A stretch of DNA of 64,000 nucleotides, from contig NW_027191406.1 in the NCBI RefSeq assembly GCF_041146345.1, positions 372,001 to 436,000 of the forward strand, in the 5' to 3' direction. The translations under genes were made by a program, and so were the position numbers. Below, piece after piece: positions 1 through 14,887 of the stretch. Numbering within the stretch: position 1 is the first letter of the stretch; each line of letters begins with the position of its first letter. This DNA is from Neodothiora populina (Eukaryota). A model generated the notes under the pieces. It was not told the origin of the DNA. It saw only the letters and a list, made by a program, of their open reading frames with translations, and ran no database searches.

Positions 1-1467
<1,467 letters not shown>

Positions 1468-1854
1468 TTTGATGTTGTCATGCCAGTAGAGGGGTAAGAC
1501 ATGAAATACGAACGAGAGACAGGGGGGAAACCCGAAAGAGATGATAATACCATATTTGTGACATACTGGGAAGAGGAACGAAATGTCTTCTATAACACCC
1601 GCGCTGGCGAATAAAGCCCGCGGATCAGTTTTGACCCGATCAAGCTTGTCTTTCTAACATCGTGACTTCGCACATGACCATACCTCGGAAGAGGCAAGTA
1701 TCTTGACACGAGTCAGCAAAGGTCGAATGTGTATATGAGAAAGAGGTTGAGCAACGAAAAGAGACCAGCCCCGGAGCTGGGGATTTGCTAAATAGACTAG
1801 TGGTAGTGGTGGCAGTAGTGGTGATGGCAGTAATAGACAGTCAGTCAGTGGTAA

Positions 1855-1856
<2 letters not shown>

Positions 1857-1885
<29 letters not shown>

Positions 1886-1906
1886 CCACTTCTCTCTTCC
1901 TCTTCA

Positions 1907-1956
<50 letters not shown>
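1857..1956. repeat. Compound microsatellite: (GTA)9 at 1857-1883 and (TC)24 at 1909-1956, just past the VPS17 stop
   Basis: Read directly from the sequence. Confidence 0.95.
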
Positions 1957-1959
<3 letters not shown>

Positions 1960-1971
1960 CTCTCCATCTCA

Positions 1972-3999
1972 TCAGAACGTCGTCTGCGCCAAACGACTAG
2001 CGGCGTTCTTGGCATCGATTCTATCCTCGTCGTCCTCCTCCAAGCGCGCCAGACTGCTGGCTCCACTCGTCGCCCGCTTCCTGCCGATCGCAGACGTTTC
2101 CTCGCTCTCTTCAGCCTCGGGCTCTTCAGGCACGAGATTGCCCGCGAAGCTGCCGCTGATGCTCCTGCTGAGGCCGTCGGGTCTTCGGGGCACGCCGCTC
2201 CACGCGTCGCCCTTGGGTCCCTGACTGCTGGCCAGACTGGTGCGGCGGACGACTGGGTGAGCCTCGCGGCCGAGGCGCGACAGACCGCCAGACGAGTCGA
2301 TGTTGCGCACGTCTGGGCGCACCTGCTCGAGCGTGGCCAGGGTGCGTCGCTCGAACTCGATCTCGCGGATGACGTATTCCCTGATGGCGCTGCGGACGTC
2401 TTGGGCGGTGCGGGCGAACCACTTTGTGCGCTCGACGCCGAGGTTTTGGGTCACGCGCTCGCACTTCTGGCGCAGGTACTGCTCGTGCGTGCGGGCTTCT
2501 TCGAGCGAGGCGATGGCTTCGTCGACTTTGTCTCGCTTGACTGACGATGAGGCTTTGAGGCGGTCTGCCGCCGACGTCTTGCTGCGCGTGGTTTGTTGGG
2601 CTTGCAGCAGCTCGCGGAGCAGGATGTGGCGGTTGGTCAGGGTTTCCTTGACGATGAAGGCGTCGTTGGAATGGTATTGCAGTGGGTCGGCCAGGGTGGT
2701 GGCTTCGGCTGTGCCTTGGGCGGCGTGGAAGTCGCCTACGGACTGGACCACTTTGCCGAGTTTGCGGTAGGCGTTGGCCAGACCGGGGTGGGTTTCTTGG
2801 ACTTGCATCTGTCCCATCTTGACGCCAAAGTCGGACTCGGCCAGACCGAGTGCTGTGGTAGAAGTCAGCAGTGGCAAGTAGTAGGTGGTGGTGGTCGTCG
2901 TCGTCCCAGAACATACCTCGTCTTGACTTGACAACCTTGTCGACCTTCTGTCCGGCCTCCATGGTGGCGAGGTAAAACGACTTGACGACAGGACGGGCCT
3001 CGAGCAGCTCCGGGGTGTCGTCTGGTGGGGGAGCGAATTGCTTGATGTACTTGCGCCTCACACCCGTGGCAGGCTGCTTCAGCCTCACCACAGGGCTGTA
3101 TCCCGTGTCGCTCTCGATGAAGAAGACGGTCTCTTCGTCGCGCATGAGCACGGCATTGCTGCAGATGAGATTGAACCATCTCTGCATGGCTGCCTTGACT
3201 CTGATCTCGTCTTCATCGGTGCCGACTCCAGCGGATGTGACGGGTTGAGGAAGAGCGGGAACAAAAGCGTCGGGGTTGGCAGAGATCAAATGGTCGGCGT
3301 ACTTCTGGATCTCGGAGTGGGTGCGTCGAACAGCGCGGAACTGGGTGGTTCGGAATCTGGGAAGATTGGTCTGCACGAGGAGGGAGGGAACCCCGGTCAG
3401 CTGCGTGTCATGATGACTGTGATGCAGATGCTGCATACCTGAGCGTCAAAGACAAATACGGCGTCCTTGCGTCCGCTACGTTCCAGGCCGGTGATCTTGA
3501 TGTGTAGCTTGTATTGAATAGAGGGTTTGGGAGGGTGCTGCTGTTGCTGTTGCTGTTGTTGCTGCACCTGAGCCTGGAGCCTGGGGTTGCCATGATAGCG
3601 CTGGGGCTGCTGGTGGTTCTCGTAGCCTGAGGCTTGCTGATACTGTCTCTGCTGTGGTGCGAACTGCTGCTGCTGGGCGGGTGGCTGACTGTGCTGGTCG
3701 GCTTGCGACTGCGACTGCGACTGCGACTGCGACTGCGACTGCGACTGTGGTTGTTGGGCCTCCGCCTGTGTCCGGTATGGCGACTGGGGAATGTACGAGT
3801 CTCCGTTCTCCGAGGTCGAGTATGCCGACGCGTTCAGGTGGTCGGCGCATGGTCCGTCGGAATAGGGCGATTGGGTCAGGTTGTTGGTGGGCACGTCGTT
3901 GTCGTTGTTGCCCGGCATGCCCAAGTCGCTCCTGCTCTCCTGCGGTGAATTGGCCCAGGGAGAGGAACCCGCGTCATTGGAGATGGCTGAGTAGTCCAT
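1972..3999 (-). CDS. VPS17: Retromer sorting nexin Vps17 (PX + BAR)
   Basis: MDYSAI start, Q-rich N-terminus, KITGLERSGRKD..FDAQ|TNLPRFRTTQFR PX domain, helical C-terminal region with FIVKETLTNRH. Introns 3438-3371 and 2916-2853 keep the frame. Confidence 0.9.
3704..3745. repeat. Coding hexanucleotide repeat (TGCGAC)7 giving a (QS)n tract in Vps17
   Basis: Seven perfect copies seen. Confidence 0.9.
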
Positions 4000-4912
4000 A
4001 CTGCTGATGGGTGCGTCTCCAACGCTGCTGTTTATGGTAGTAGTGGTGGTGGTAGTAGTGGTGGTGCTGGTGTTTGTTGTAGCAGCAGCAGCAGCAATAG
4101 TCGAATCACCGGGCGGTGGCTTGAAAGCTCCCTCGTAGTAGGCGCGTTCTGATGTTCTTCTGGCGAATCTAAAGTTACTCGCTGATTTGTCTTTGTCTGT
4201 GCTTGACGATGCGTTCATTGCATTCCAAGCATGACTTGTGACTCTGTAGCGACTTGCGGTGCTTGGGGATTATTTAGGGTAATATGAGTCGAGTAATGAT
4301 GCTATGTGTCCTGTGCTTGCTACTACCGTCTTGTCTTGCCACAGTCCCTTGCTCTGCTGCTGTTCGTACGGAGTTGTATGGCTTCACAAAGTAGCCTACA
4401 CTTCTCTCTCCATTCCTACTCACAAGTCCCTTGGCGTGCAGCTACACTGCCGCCCTTGCACTGCACTGCACCGTACATTTATTACTCGGACTGTACAACT
4501 GCCTAGCTTCTCGTCCAGCCGTCAGCCAACGGCGCATCTCGTTGCTGATGCCCGGATCATCGTTTAGACAGCACCGGAGGCTCCGGGACACACGCCGCAG
4601 CCCTATCGTAACCCTAGCTCGTCTTGTCTGTAAGTGGCAGGTCAGCCTCTTCACTAGTTTGACCTTGGTCTAAGAACTTTGATGATATCCAGACCATATA
4701 TCAGATACCTGTCTCTCTATCGTTCAAAACTATCCTTTGTACAAACCCGTCCAGCTGCTTTGAGTCGTACATTCCTTCTTTGGCTTTGCTTCGTTTTGTC
4801 GCTCATCTTCTCTACTGAACTCCGACATTGCTTGAGCAAAGTGGCCAACCCGTTCACACTTTGCCAGTGCATTCAGGCCATATCGCCAATCTCGACGGCG
4901 TGCCTCTGAGGG

Positions 4913-7763
4913 ATGCTAGCGGGATGGCTGTGTCGAACGCTGCCCCGTCGACCTAGCTCGTTCGGCGCCGTGTCGCCTCGTCTAGGATGTGTCACTGTCT
5001 CTATAACGCGACTCGCAAGTAGCATTGCCGCCGAGGCTACACCCTTGGATGTGGCTAGGACCAGGAATATAGGAATCATTGCTCACATCGATGCTGTACG
5101 TAGTGTCCGCTCTCTTGCGGAGAAACTGTAAGTGCTGAGTGTTATCCAAGGGCAAAACCACCACGACGGAGCGTATGCTCTATTACAGTGGCTTCACACG
5201 ACGACTAGGAGGTAGGCCCGTTGTTATCTTTTTGTCTCCTTCTCTTTCCTACCACTTTCTCTACACTCGAGAGCTGCTCTTCACTTCGAGCCTTGTCCTC
5301 CATCACCACTGACTCGATGAAGATGTCGACGAAGGATCCACTGTGACGGATTTCCTGCCTGCGGAGAGGGCTAGAGGAATCACCATCCAATCTGCTGCAG
5401 TAACATTCTCATGGCCACCATCCAGGGGAGATGCTTCGCCTGCTGATGTGAATGTTCGTCCGCGGTCCATTCAGCCACACAACATCAATCTCATCGATAC
5501 CCCTGGTCATGCTGACTTCACATTTGAAGTCCTGCGCTCTCTCCGTATTCTTGATGGCGCAGTCTGCATTCTCGATGGCGTTGCAGGTGTCGAGGCTCAG
5601 ACCGAAAAGGTGTGGACTCAAGCGGCCCACTACCAGATCCCCAAGATTCTTCTCGTGAACAAATTGGATCGTGATGGTGCTGCTTTCGCCAACACCGTCA
5701 GGGAAATTGGGACCAGGCTCCACTGTTGGCCTGCGCTTTGCACTATACCGTGGTGGAGATCGAGCGATTCCCGCTTGCAAGGCGTTGGTGATGCTGTTAA
5801 CCTTCGCGGCATCTTGTATGAGGAAGGTAGTGATGGCAAGACCGTGGAAAACTTCGACTACGCTGCTCTCGAGTCACAAGACTCTGCTTTCGCAGCTGAA
5901 GTCAAACAAGCAAGGATCGCATTGGTCGAGCTGTTGAGTGAGCATGATGACGAGATGGTGGAACGGTTCTTGGAACATGATGAAGACCATCTCGCAATTC
6001 CAGCTGTAGACATTACCGAGAGTTTGCGCAGATGCACCCTGGCCAGCCCGCAAACTCTCGTTCCCGTTTTTGCAGGTGCCAGCTTCCGCAATGTTGGCGT
6101 CCAGCCTCTACTAGATGCCGTTGTCGATCTTCTGCCATCTCCAGCAGAGCGTCCAGATTCCGAGATAAGCATAGCATCTGCCACTTATCACCTCAACAGT
6201 CTTCTGAAAGGCGACGTCTCCCTACCTCAACCACAAGCGACAGGTGGCAAGGACAAAAAGGACAAGAGCAAAGCGCTAGCAGGCGGCAAGACAATGCACA
6301 TTATCAAAAATCTCGAAGCATGCGCGCTGGCTTTCAAGGTCGTTACTGATCCACGTCGTGGAGCACTGGTCTATGTTCGCGTCTACTCTGGCACGCTCAC
6401 CAAAAACTCCTCTCTGTTCAACACGAACCTAGGAGTGACGGAAAAGGCTCCACGGCTGCTGAAGATGTACGCTGACGAGGCCGTGGAAGTGAACTCGGTC
6501 CCAGCGGGTCAAATTGCCGCTATCCCAGGTCTGAAATTCGCTCGTACTGGCGATACCTTATTATCCTACATTGGCAGCAATCCCAAAAGTGGGCCGCCGG
6601 CACCTATCAACAGTCTTCAGTTGCGGCCTATCGCTGTGCCTCCGCCAGTTTTCTTTACCAGTGTCGAGCCGAACAGCCTAGCTGAGGAAAAGCATCTTGG
6701 TGAGACGCTTGAGCTACTGCTCCGAGAAGACCCTAGTCTGCACGTTCACCAAGATGCCGAAAGTGGGCAGACACATCTTGCTGGTATGGGAGAGCTGCAC
6801 CTCGAGATTGCAAGGGATAGGCTCATCACCGATCTCAAAGCCAAAGCAAGGACCGGAAGTATTCAGATTGGCTACAGGGAAGCCATCACCACTGGGTCAG
6901 ACGAGCAGTCGGCCATGTTCGATCGTGAGATAGCAGGAAAAGCATCTAAAGCTGGTTGTGTCGCCAGGGTTGAGCCATTGACTGACATCGATGCCGATAT
7001 TAACGAAGATGACGATCACATCCAAACGATATCGCTACCAGAGGAGAACCGCTTGGTCACCAAAACACCCACGTTATATGTGGACGGATCAGCAAGCTCT
7101 CCAGATGCCCCTTCTCTGCCATCAACCCTACCGATGCAAAGTCTCTGCCAGGCACTACAGACTGGAGCTAGTGCTGCGCTGGCACGAGGACCCTCGCACG
7201 GGTATCCGATTCACTCGACTCAAGTCACTCTCACGTTCGAACCTCAAAGTCATCTGTTCCCGTCAACCACAGCAGCCGCCATTTCTTCCGCTGCACGTTT
7301 GGCTGTACAACAAGCGCTCCGCAGTGCCAAGGAAGCCGGTGGCGACACGGTCATCATGGAGCCCGTCATGCTAGTCACCATCAGTGTCGACGAAGCAAGT
7401 CTAGGCGGTGTTGTTCATGATATCACTTCCGCTCGAGGCGGCCAAGTCATTTCTCTCGGTTCCGATGAGACCGACCCATCTCAATCGGACGGCTCGAGGG
7501 ACTTTATCGACCCTCGGAAGATTTACGCACCTCCTGACCCCTTTGCGGGCTCGAACGCCGGTATCAACATGGATTCTTCACTTGGTAGTCAGATGAGACA
7601 GATTGTCGCCCGAGTGCCGTTGAAGGAAATGGTTGGGTATCTGAAACATCTGAGGAGTTTGACGCAGGGCAGAGGCACGTTTGTCATGAGTGTCGATCGT
7701 TTCGAGCGGATGAGCGCTCAGAGGATGAAAGTCACGCTTGGGGAGATGAGTGGCGAATACTGA
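4913..7763 (+). CDS. MEF2: Mitochondrial ribosome-releasing factor 2 (EF-G2)
   Basis: Arg-rich presequence, [21 protein letters not shown] (G1), [41 protein letters not shown]. Introns 5096-5150 and 5212-5322. Confidence 0.92.
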
Positions 7764-8314
7764 GGGTTGAGGATTTGTGTGTAGTTGTAGAAACAGATCT
7801 AGGTTGGCAGGAGCTGTAAGATATCACATGTAGTGGATGATAGGCAAGACCCCCGAAATGACTACCAAGTTGAAAGGTATGGAAATAAGCGAAGATTATA
7901 CAGAAACAGCTAAGCCACCGTAACAAGTACAATTTTTGTTTCCCTGACCAAGACGCATCATCGCGAGATCAGATTTGTTTCCGTGTCCTTCTGAGTTACA
8001 ACCCAGCTATGCGCGCTTCCCTCAAACACCAAAATCCAAAAAAAGAAGCCATCGAACATTCCCTATTCACAATCCAATTCAGACAAAACAAGATGAAGTC
8101 TGGTCAATTCCCATCTACCATTGGGAAAATCAAAAGGAGCATCAATCAGAACCAGACCCTCAGCCCCACTCTCTCCTGCCTCTCCCTCGTCCTCCGCCTC
8201 TACTCCCTCATAGGAAAACCATCAGTAGAAGAAAGCCCCCTCCACACTAGCCAGTCTCCCACCGACCCCCGCGCCACCAATCCACGAAAACAATCCTCCC
8301 GACAGAAAGCTTTT

Positions 8315-8668
8315 CTAGGAATCATTCTTCAACCCCTCCCGCCGAATCTGATTCCGCCTCCCCAAAATCCTCACAGTCCTCTCCCTCTCGAGCGCCGACA
8401 TTTCAGCCCAGTTGGCGATGCGGCTCAGCGTGCCGTCCGAGTTTATCACCAGAGGACCCAAATGGTCGAGTGTGATCTTTTCGTTTGTGGAAATGTCGAG
8501 GGTCTGCAGGGTTTCTGAGGGGCCTTCTGGGGCGGGAAGGGCGAGCGGTTTCTGGTCTTGAGATTCTTCCTGGCTTGCGGTGCGGTTGTGGGTTTCTTGG
8601 GTTTGGGGGGTTTGTGCTGGTGCTGCTGCTGCTGATGACTGCTTTTCTTGTTCTTGGGCACGGCTCAT
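8315..8668 (-). CDS. Small conserved fungal hypothetical protein (117 aa)
   Basis: ATG after an (AAC)-rich leader. The C-terminal block LDHLGPLVINSDGTLSRIANWAEMS..ER..T.R.LG.RN resembles a recalled conserved family of unknown function. Confidence 0.75.
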   Translation of the reverse strand: MSRAQEQEKQSSAAAAPAQTPQTQETHNRTASQEESQDQKPLALPAPEGPSETLQTLDISTNEKITLDHLGPLVINSDGTLSRIANWAEMSALERERTVRILGRRNQIRREGLKNDS

Positions 8669-9372
8669 TGTTGTTGTTTTTGTTTTTGTTGTTGTTGGTT
8701 ATGTCTTGCACTTGATTTTTTGTCTTTTTCTTGGAATAGAGTGATTTGCACGTGAAGCCTGAGTTGTGGATATCTCTCGATCTCGACAATCTTGGTGTAT
8801 TGGGGAATGATGATATCAAGTGCCAAGATGTGCTTTTTGCTGTCGTCCTTTGGCTTGTTTCGCGGTCGTGATACACGGTTCTAACGGGATGGATGCTTGG
8901 TTATTTTGTATACATTTCCCCATACACGACGAGTCTACATATACTGTGGTAGACACGACGCTTGGTTTTTCTCGAAGTTTCTAGTGCCGCTGGGGTGGGA
9001 TTTATTGTATGATCTGACTACATACTATAAATACAGCCTGATGTTTTATTTCCACTCAGTCTTTGAGGATATCGCTGATCACTCGAGAGGTGTTCCGCTT
9101 GTCTGGTGTGTTTCTTGGTTCCCAATGAAAAGTCGGCTGGGCTTGTTCTGGTTCTCGTCGCTCATCGGATTGACGAGTTACTCTACAGGACTGCTTGTTA
9201 TCAATGGGATATTATGTACACTACACAACACTCTCGATGTCTCGTACGCTCGTTCTTGGGCGAGACAACAGATTTGAAGACAGTACGGTGAATAGTAGAA
9301 CAAACGTCTTTTATTACATTAAGTCGGTAAGCGACATCACTCAGTACGTTCGTACAACGCACCCCCGACGGC

Positions 9373-10221
9373 CTACAAGAAAGCGAGGAAGCCGCCAGCA
9401 GCCACGACCATCGCACCACCTGCAGCCCCAAAACGAGCCGCAGCTCCAGTGGAAGATGAGCTTGCAGCCGAAGCAGACGACGAGCTTGAAGATTCCGAAG
9501 TGGTGGCCGAGCCCGAGGGAGGCTGCGAGCTTCCGGTGGAACGGGCAGAGGCAGAAGAGCCCGATGATGCGACGGAGCTACGAAACGAGGATCCGGAGGC
9601 AGTGGACTGCGATACTGATGGGGTGACGATGCTAGCACTCGACGACGCAGAGCCAGTCCTGGTGGCTGCTGCTGCGTTCCCAGTGATAGCACCGGCGCCT
9701 TGAGGGCCAGATGCAGTGAAGTACAGGCTGACAGCGGTCTCGCTAGGGTACTGATCTCTGACAGATGTCGGCGCGCCATCGACTTGCTGAACAGCAGTCT
9801 GGCTGATGCTGGCGAAGATCTCGGCGAAGCTGGCGGTCGGAGTGCCGGTGCAGAGAGCAACGCTGGCGCTCGAAATGATGGACTCGAAAGCCTCGACGAC
9901 GTCATCGGAGCGCGCACCGTGGACGTACTGGCACTGCTGGCAGCCGGACCAGTTGTCGAAGAAGCCGCCGCCACACATGCATTCTTGGTGAGCGATGTAG
10001 TCCACGGAGGAAGTGCCGTTAGGTTGGCATTGCTGCTCGATGTTGATGATCGCCTGGCATGGGGCAATGGTATCCGTGGTGTTCGGCTGACACACGCTGT
10101 TGATGTAGTCCTCTTCGGAAGTGGTCTGGCGCGAGATGAGCTGACTGCTCACCAACTCATCTGGTAGGATGGATGCGCTGGCTGATGCCGCGAGGGCGAG
10201 GAAAAGAGCCGAGTGTTGCAT
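9373..10221 (-). CDS. Secreted, probably GPI-anchored, Cys-rich plus Ser/Thr-rich cell-surface protein
   Basis: Signal peptide MQHSALFLALAASASA, an 8-Cys domain, a Ser-rich stalk, omega-like GAA and a hydrophobic C-terminal tail. Confidence 0.85.
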   Translation of the reverse strand: MQHSALFLALAASASASILPDELVSSQLISRQTTSEEDYINSVCQPNTTDTIAPCQAIINIEQQCQPNGTSSVDYIAHQECMCGGGFFDNWSGCQQCQYVHGARSDDVVEAFESIISSASVALCTGTPTASFAEIFASISQTAVQQVDGAPTSVRDQYPSETAVSLYFTASGPQGAGAITGNAAAATRTGSASSSASIVTPSVSQSTASGSSFRSSVASSGSSASARSTGSSQPPSGSATTSESSSSSSASAASSSSTGAAARFGAAGGAMVVAAGGFLAFL

Positions 10222-11449
10222 GTCCGTCGTACCGTGTCGTAGCTACTGTCGTCTGCGAAAAGAGTCGCAAACGCAATCCGTGTCCCGCTCATGTTTATAT
10301 CCATTTCCACCATGACCCTGCCCAAGAAAATGATGCCATGTTCTAACGTTGAACAACGCCACCCGAATCCTATTGGAACTGTCTATCCCATCTACGGGTA
10401 GCATCCGAGACAGTCAAAGATTCCATGAAGAAGGCGTTCTGCGCGGAGATTTGATTCTGCAAGAACCAATCGGTGCAATAGTTCCTGCGTATAGGATAAC
10501 CCTAGAGCTATCGAAGTAATTATACCGGCCCACTCACCTAGAAAGCGTTCCAATAATTAAAGATTTAGCGCAAGCACCTTGGTTGTCGCAAAGTCTATTG
10601 AGGTGATCGGCCTGCCATATTCAGCTATCGTACCAAACAAAGCTTGGTAGTTCACGCTATAAGCTTTCGACAATAAGCATCCCCACGTCCAGACTTCTGG
10701 CGGCTTGCGAGATACTGTACGTGAACACGAGAAGGTATTTCGCAGTCGATACACAATCTTTGGTAAGGTATGCCGTAAAACACAGCGTATACTTGCACTG
10801 TATCCAAGGATATAAGCATGGAACAAACATTGAGCCCTAACCACGGATATTATGTTCCGGTGGCTATAGACGAAGTGGGGCTAATAATTTAACCGTCTGT
10901 CTGTTACCTCGGACCCTGTGAATCAGTGTATGCGACTTGGTGCTTCCAACACATTCGAATGCCTCAGTAAACTTGTGCACGAGTCCCTCTGGACGAAGAG
11001 TGAAGGATCCTAGATCTAGTGTAGAGCATGAACGAGTCATGCGGTCCACTCACTGTGTGTGCAAATACTCGATGGAGGACTTCTTTCCGATGGCCAGTAA
11101 GCATCTGCCTAAATGGTTCATACTGCCCATGTCGTATCGGAATTCACCGATGCAGTTGCAAGAGGATATCACTTTTATGTCATTTCAATGAACTCGCGTG
11201 TATCTCGAAAACGGTCGGATAGTAAAGGGTTCTTGAACTTGCTCTTGGAGTTGTGATGAAGTGAAGTTACTGTACCCAACCTTGCTGCACTCAGGAGTGG
11301 GGCCGTGCACTTCACTGCGTCATACCCTCGAGCTGTTAGTATGCTGCGTCAACATGTAGAAGTGGTTGCAACTCGGTCGTCATCGTACATGTGATCAGGA
11401 TCACTTCGATATATTCACACTGTGCCTCTCGCGTCACAGGAACCGGTAG

Positions 11450-12427
11450 ATGTTCCAGCGTGTCAGATCAGCGAGGAGTTGCATTGATTACAGCTCGAGA
11501 ACAAGACTTGGACACCTTGGTATTGTTCGGGCCATGTCTACCTTTACTTTGCCGGGTTCGAGCCCTGCATGTGAGGTACATTTGAACGATGAATTGAAGA
11601 AGGATCAGTTGTTGTCATTTCCAGCCTTCAAACACTGGATCAGCACGCTACAGCATTCGTTCAAGCAGCAAGAACACAAAAATCATACGTTTCATGCAGC
11701 ACCATACAACTTGCGCCGCATTGATATCCAGCATGTTGATTATTTCGGAAAGAACAAAGAGCGAATTGGGTTCATCAAGTTGAACACGCTGGTCACAAAC
11801 GACAATGACGAGTATTTACCTGGGTCTGTTTTCTTACGAGGTGGCAGCGTTGCTATGTTGGTAGGATTGATTGCAGACTCGGAGGCATAAAGGTATAGAC
11901 TAACGAGTACACAGCTTTTGCTCCAGGCAGATGATGTTCCTGCAAATTCAGAGCAAGATAAGTACGCAATCATGACATTGCAGCCTCGCATACCGGCAGG
12001 CAGTCTATCGTTTTGCGAAATACCAGCAGGAATGCTTGATGACAGCGGGTCCTTCTCGGGCGGCGCCGCAAAGGAGATTGAAGAAGAGACCGGTTTGACG
12101 GTATCAGAAGACGACTTGATCGACCTGACCGCGCTCGCGCTCGCACATGAACCGCAGGAAAGTGGTCAAGAGCAGCTACCGAAGGCTACCTATCCGAGCG
12201 CTGGGGGTTGCGACGAATTCGTTCCAATCTTTCTCTACCAGAAGCGTATCCCACGGGATCAGCTCCAGAGTTGGCAAGGGAAGCTCACCGGACTGAGAGA
12301 GCACGGTGAGAAGATCACGCTCAGATTAGTGCGTCTTCAGGATCTTTGGCGCGAAGGTGTGCGAGACGCGAAGACACTGTCTGCGTGGGCTTTATACCAG
12401 GGTCTGAAGACGGAAAGTAAATTGTAA
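11450..12427 (+). CDS. Nudix hydrolase (ADP-sugar pyrophosphatase-like)
   Basis: Nudix box EIPAGMLDD..F.G.AAKEIEEETGL, PGSVFLRGGSV, YPSAGGCDE. Intron 11861-11914. Alternative ATG at 11534. Ends in SKL. Confidence 0.88.
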
Positions 12428-12884
12428 TTGAAAGTGAACGAACGGGGGGTCGAGGTGTACGCTGATAAATTGAGGTCTTCTTTGTCACAAGCATATTGTG
12501 TGGTGCAATGTGGTCTCAGACAAATCAACATAATATTTGGCTCACCTCGATGTTCATCAGTATCAGAGGCAAGACAAGTCCAAGTGTGATGATGGACAAG
12601 GTGGGAGGGTGGCGCCAAGAGGATTGCTCATGTGCCCCGCCTTCCCCAAGGCAGCTAAGAACGATAAGATAAGGGACGAGGTGGAGAGAGAGTGACCGCC
12701 TAGTACAGCAGGTACGCATTACACCCATACGGTGAGTGCCTTGCTTGATCCATCCATTACTCATACATACTCGCTGTGAGCTCATCTGCGTCTATCAGAC
12801 AATCTCACCCCTAGACTAAGCGCTCGCATCTGTAGATCCGTAGTCGAACATCCATCCACCCTGACCAAAACCCCACCAATAACC

Positions 12885-14028
12885 ATGAACTTCATCCACA
12901 GCGTGCTCGACAAAGTCCGCGACAACTACGCCCCCATCTCGACCACGTCCACCTTCCGCCAGACCGGTCAGATCACACCGGAGGAGTTCCTCCAAGCCGG
13001 TGACTTTCTTGTCTACAAATTCCCCTCGTGGTCGTGGGCCGATGCCTCGACGCCCGAGAAGCGTGTGGCCTATCTCCCTGCGGGCAAACAATACCTGGTG
13101 ACCCGCGGAGTGCCCTGTCGCCGACGTCTGAACGACAACTTTGCCGGACAGACGGGACTGGACGATGTCGTGAGAGATGGGCTCAAGGGCAGCGACGACG
13201 ATGACGATGGCTGGTTGAGGACGGGGGGTGATGGTGTCGACGCCGCTTCCAGAGCCAAGCCCGGCGACGTCAGGACCATGGACGAGGCCGGCGAAGTGAG
13301 CGGAAGTGTCGAGGAAGACGACGAGGACGAGATTCCAGACATGGAAGACGAGGAAGACGACGAGGAGGCTATCATTCGTGAACCTCAGACTGCCGACGGC
13401 GAGAACGGGTAATGATTTCGCCTATATTCCTTCGTTTTAGTCACATCGCTAACAATGACAATACAGTCCACTACGCACATACACTGTTTACATCACCTAT
13501 ACACCCTATTACCGCACACCCCGTCTCTATCTATCCGGCTACACATCATCCTCGCCTTCAGCTGCCCCCGTGCCCTTGGTCCCCGAAGCCATGATGGAGG
13601 ACATCGTCGGAGACTACAAGGATAAGACCGTAACCCTCGAAGACTTCCCCTACGTGGCGCCAACGATCAAGACCGCCTCCGTGCACCCCTGCCGCCACGC
13701 CAGCGTCATGAAAGTCCTGCTCGACCGCGCCGACGCCGCCCTCAAGCTGCGCACAGCAAAGATGAAGCGCGGCCTCGACGTCACCGATCACGGCATGGAG
13801 GGGCTGGTGGACCAGACGACGAATCTCGACATTGCGGCGGAGAGGAAAGACCAACAACAGCACCACCACCAGTCTACCAAGGACGGCGACGAATGGGAGG
13901 TGTTGAGCGAAAGCGGAAATGATGATGACGAGGTCGCTATTCGTGTCGACCAGTACCTCATCGTCTTTCTCAAATTCATGGCTAGTGTCACGCCTGGCAT
14001 CGAGCATGACTTCACCATGGGTGTTTGA
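12885..14028 (+). CDS. ATG3: Autophagy E2-like conjugating enzyme Atg3
   Basis: [23 protein letters not shown], acidic flexible region, YRTPRLYL, catalytic [25 protein letters not shown]. Intron 13409-13466. Confidence 0.96.
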
Positions 14029-14887
14029 TTTTCTTCTTCTAGCCAACTCCTAAATCAACCATTTCCTTTCTTGCTGTTTCTTGCTTCCGTCAAGGGTGAG
14101 GCGAAGCCAAGGCGTTTGGTCTGCGTAAGTGAGGGTCACAGAGGCGCAATATGGGTACAGTGCATATCTGAGAATAGGGAATGGACACACACAGACAGCC
14201 TTGGACGAGAAAGAGAAGACCATGAGATAACACATCAAAGATACCCATCCCAATAGCAAATGGAAACCCCCCCCCCCCCAAAAAAAAGACAAATCATGAT
14301 TTTCTCTGTCATTCCTTCCTTGAACTGGGAAAGAGACATGCAAGAGTGAATAGAGAAAATGTGGCACTGTGGATGGATGAGATTTTGCAGAATCGCAATG
14401 TGATGCAGGGATGATATGTCTCTGGTCCCTCCCTCTCGCTCTGTAATATTATCTTGCATCTCCAGGGCCTTGTCCTTCCCTGTGCGTTTTTTTTTATCGC
14501 GATCCATCCGTCTCACTCTCGCTGTTACTACTTTTGTCGTTTTTGCAGCTATCGCTGCGGTACGCGAACCATCATCGTCGAGAGATCTAATCAAGAAAAC
14601 AAACACCTGATCCTCCTTTTTTATCCTAGCCTATCCTAATCCACGATCTATTGGTGATCCGAAACTGTGGGGGTATCCGTTGTTGTCCGCGATGATGCGC
14701 GCGCCCAAACGAGAAAACAGAATAAGAACAAAAACCGAAAAACACATCTATAACGTCAATTCATGAGTTCTTTCTGTCGACCGACCCAGGGCCATTTTCT
14801 CTTCATTTTCTCTTACCCCTTTCCTTCGTTTCTGTCCATGTGACGTGAGAGCCAGCCCGCGCCCAACTTGGACTCGTGCAAAGAAAA

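Noticed and set aside
4000..4218. Upstream in-frame extension of VPS17 (poly-Ala/Thr)
   Set aside because: Low-complexity repeat typical of a 5' UTR; the family-like start is MDYS at 3999, although the upstream ATG cannot be fully excluded.
10560..11270. Possible decayed minus-strand gene with splice-like signals
   Set aside because: No consistent spliced frame or recognisable motif could be built.
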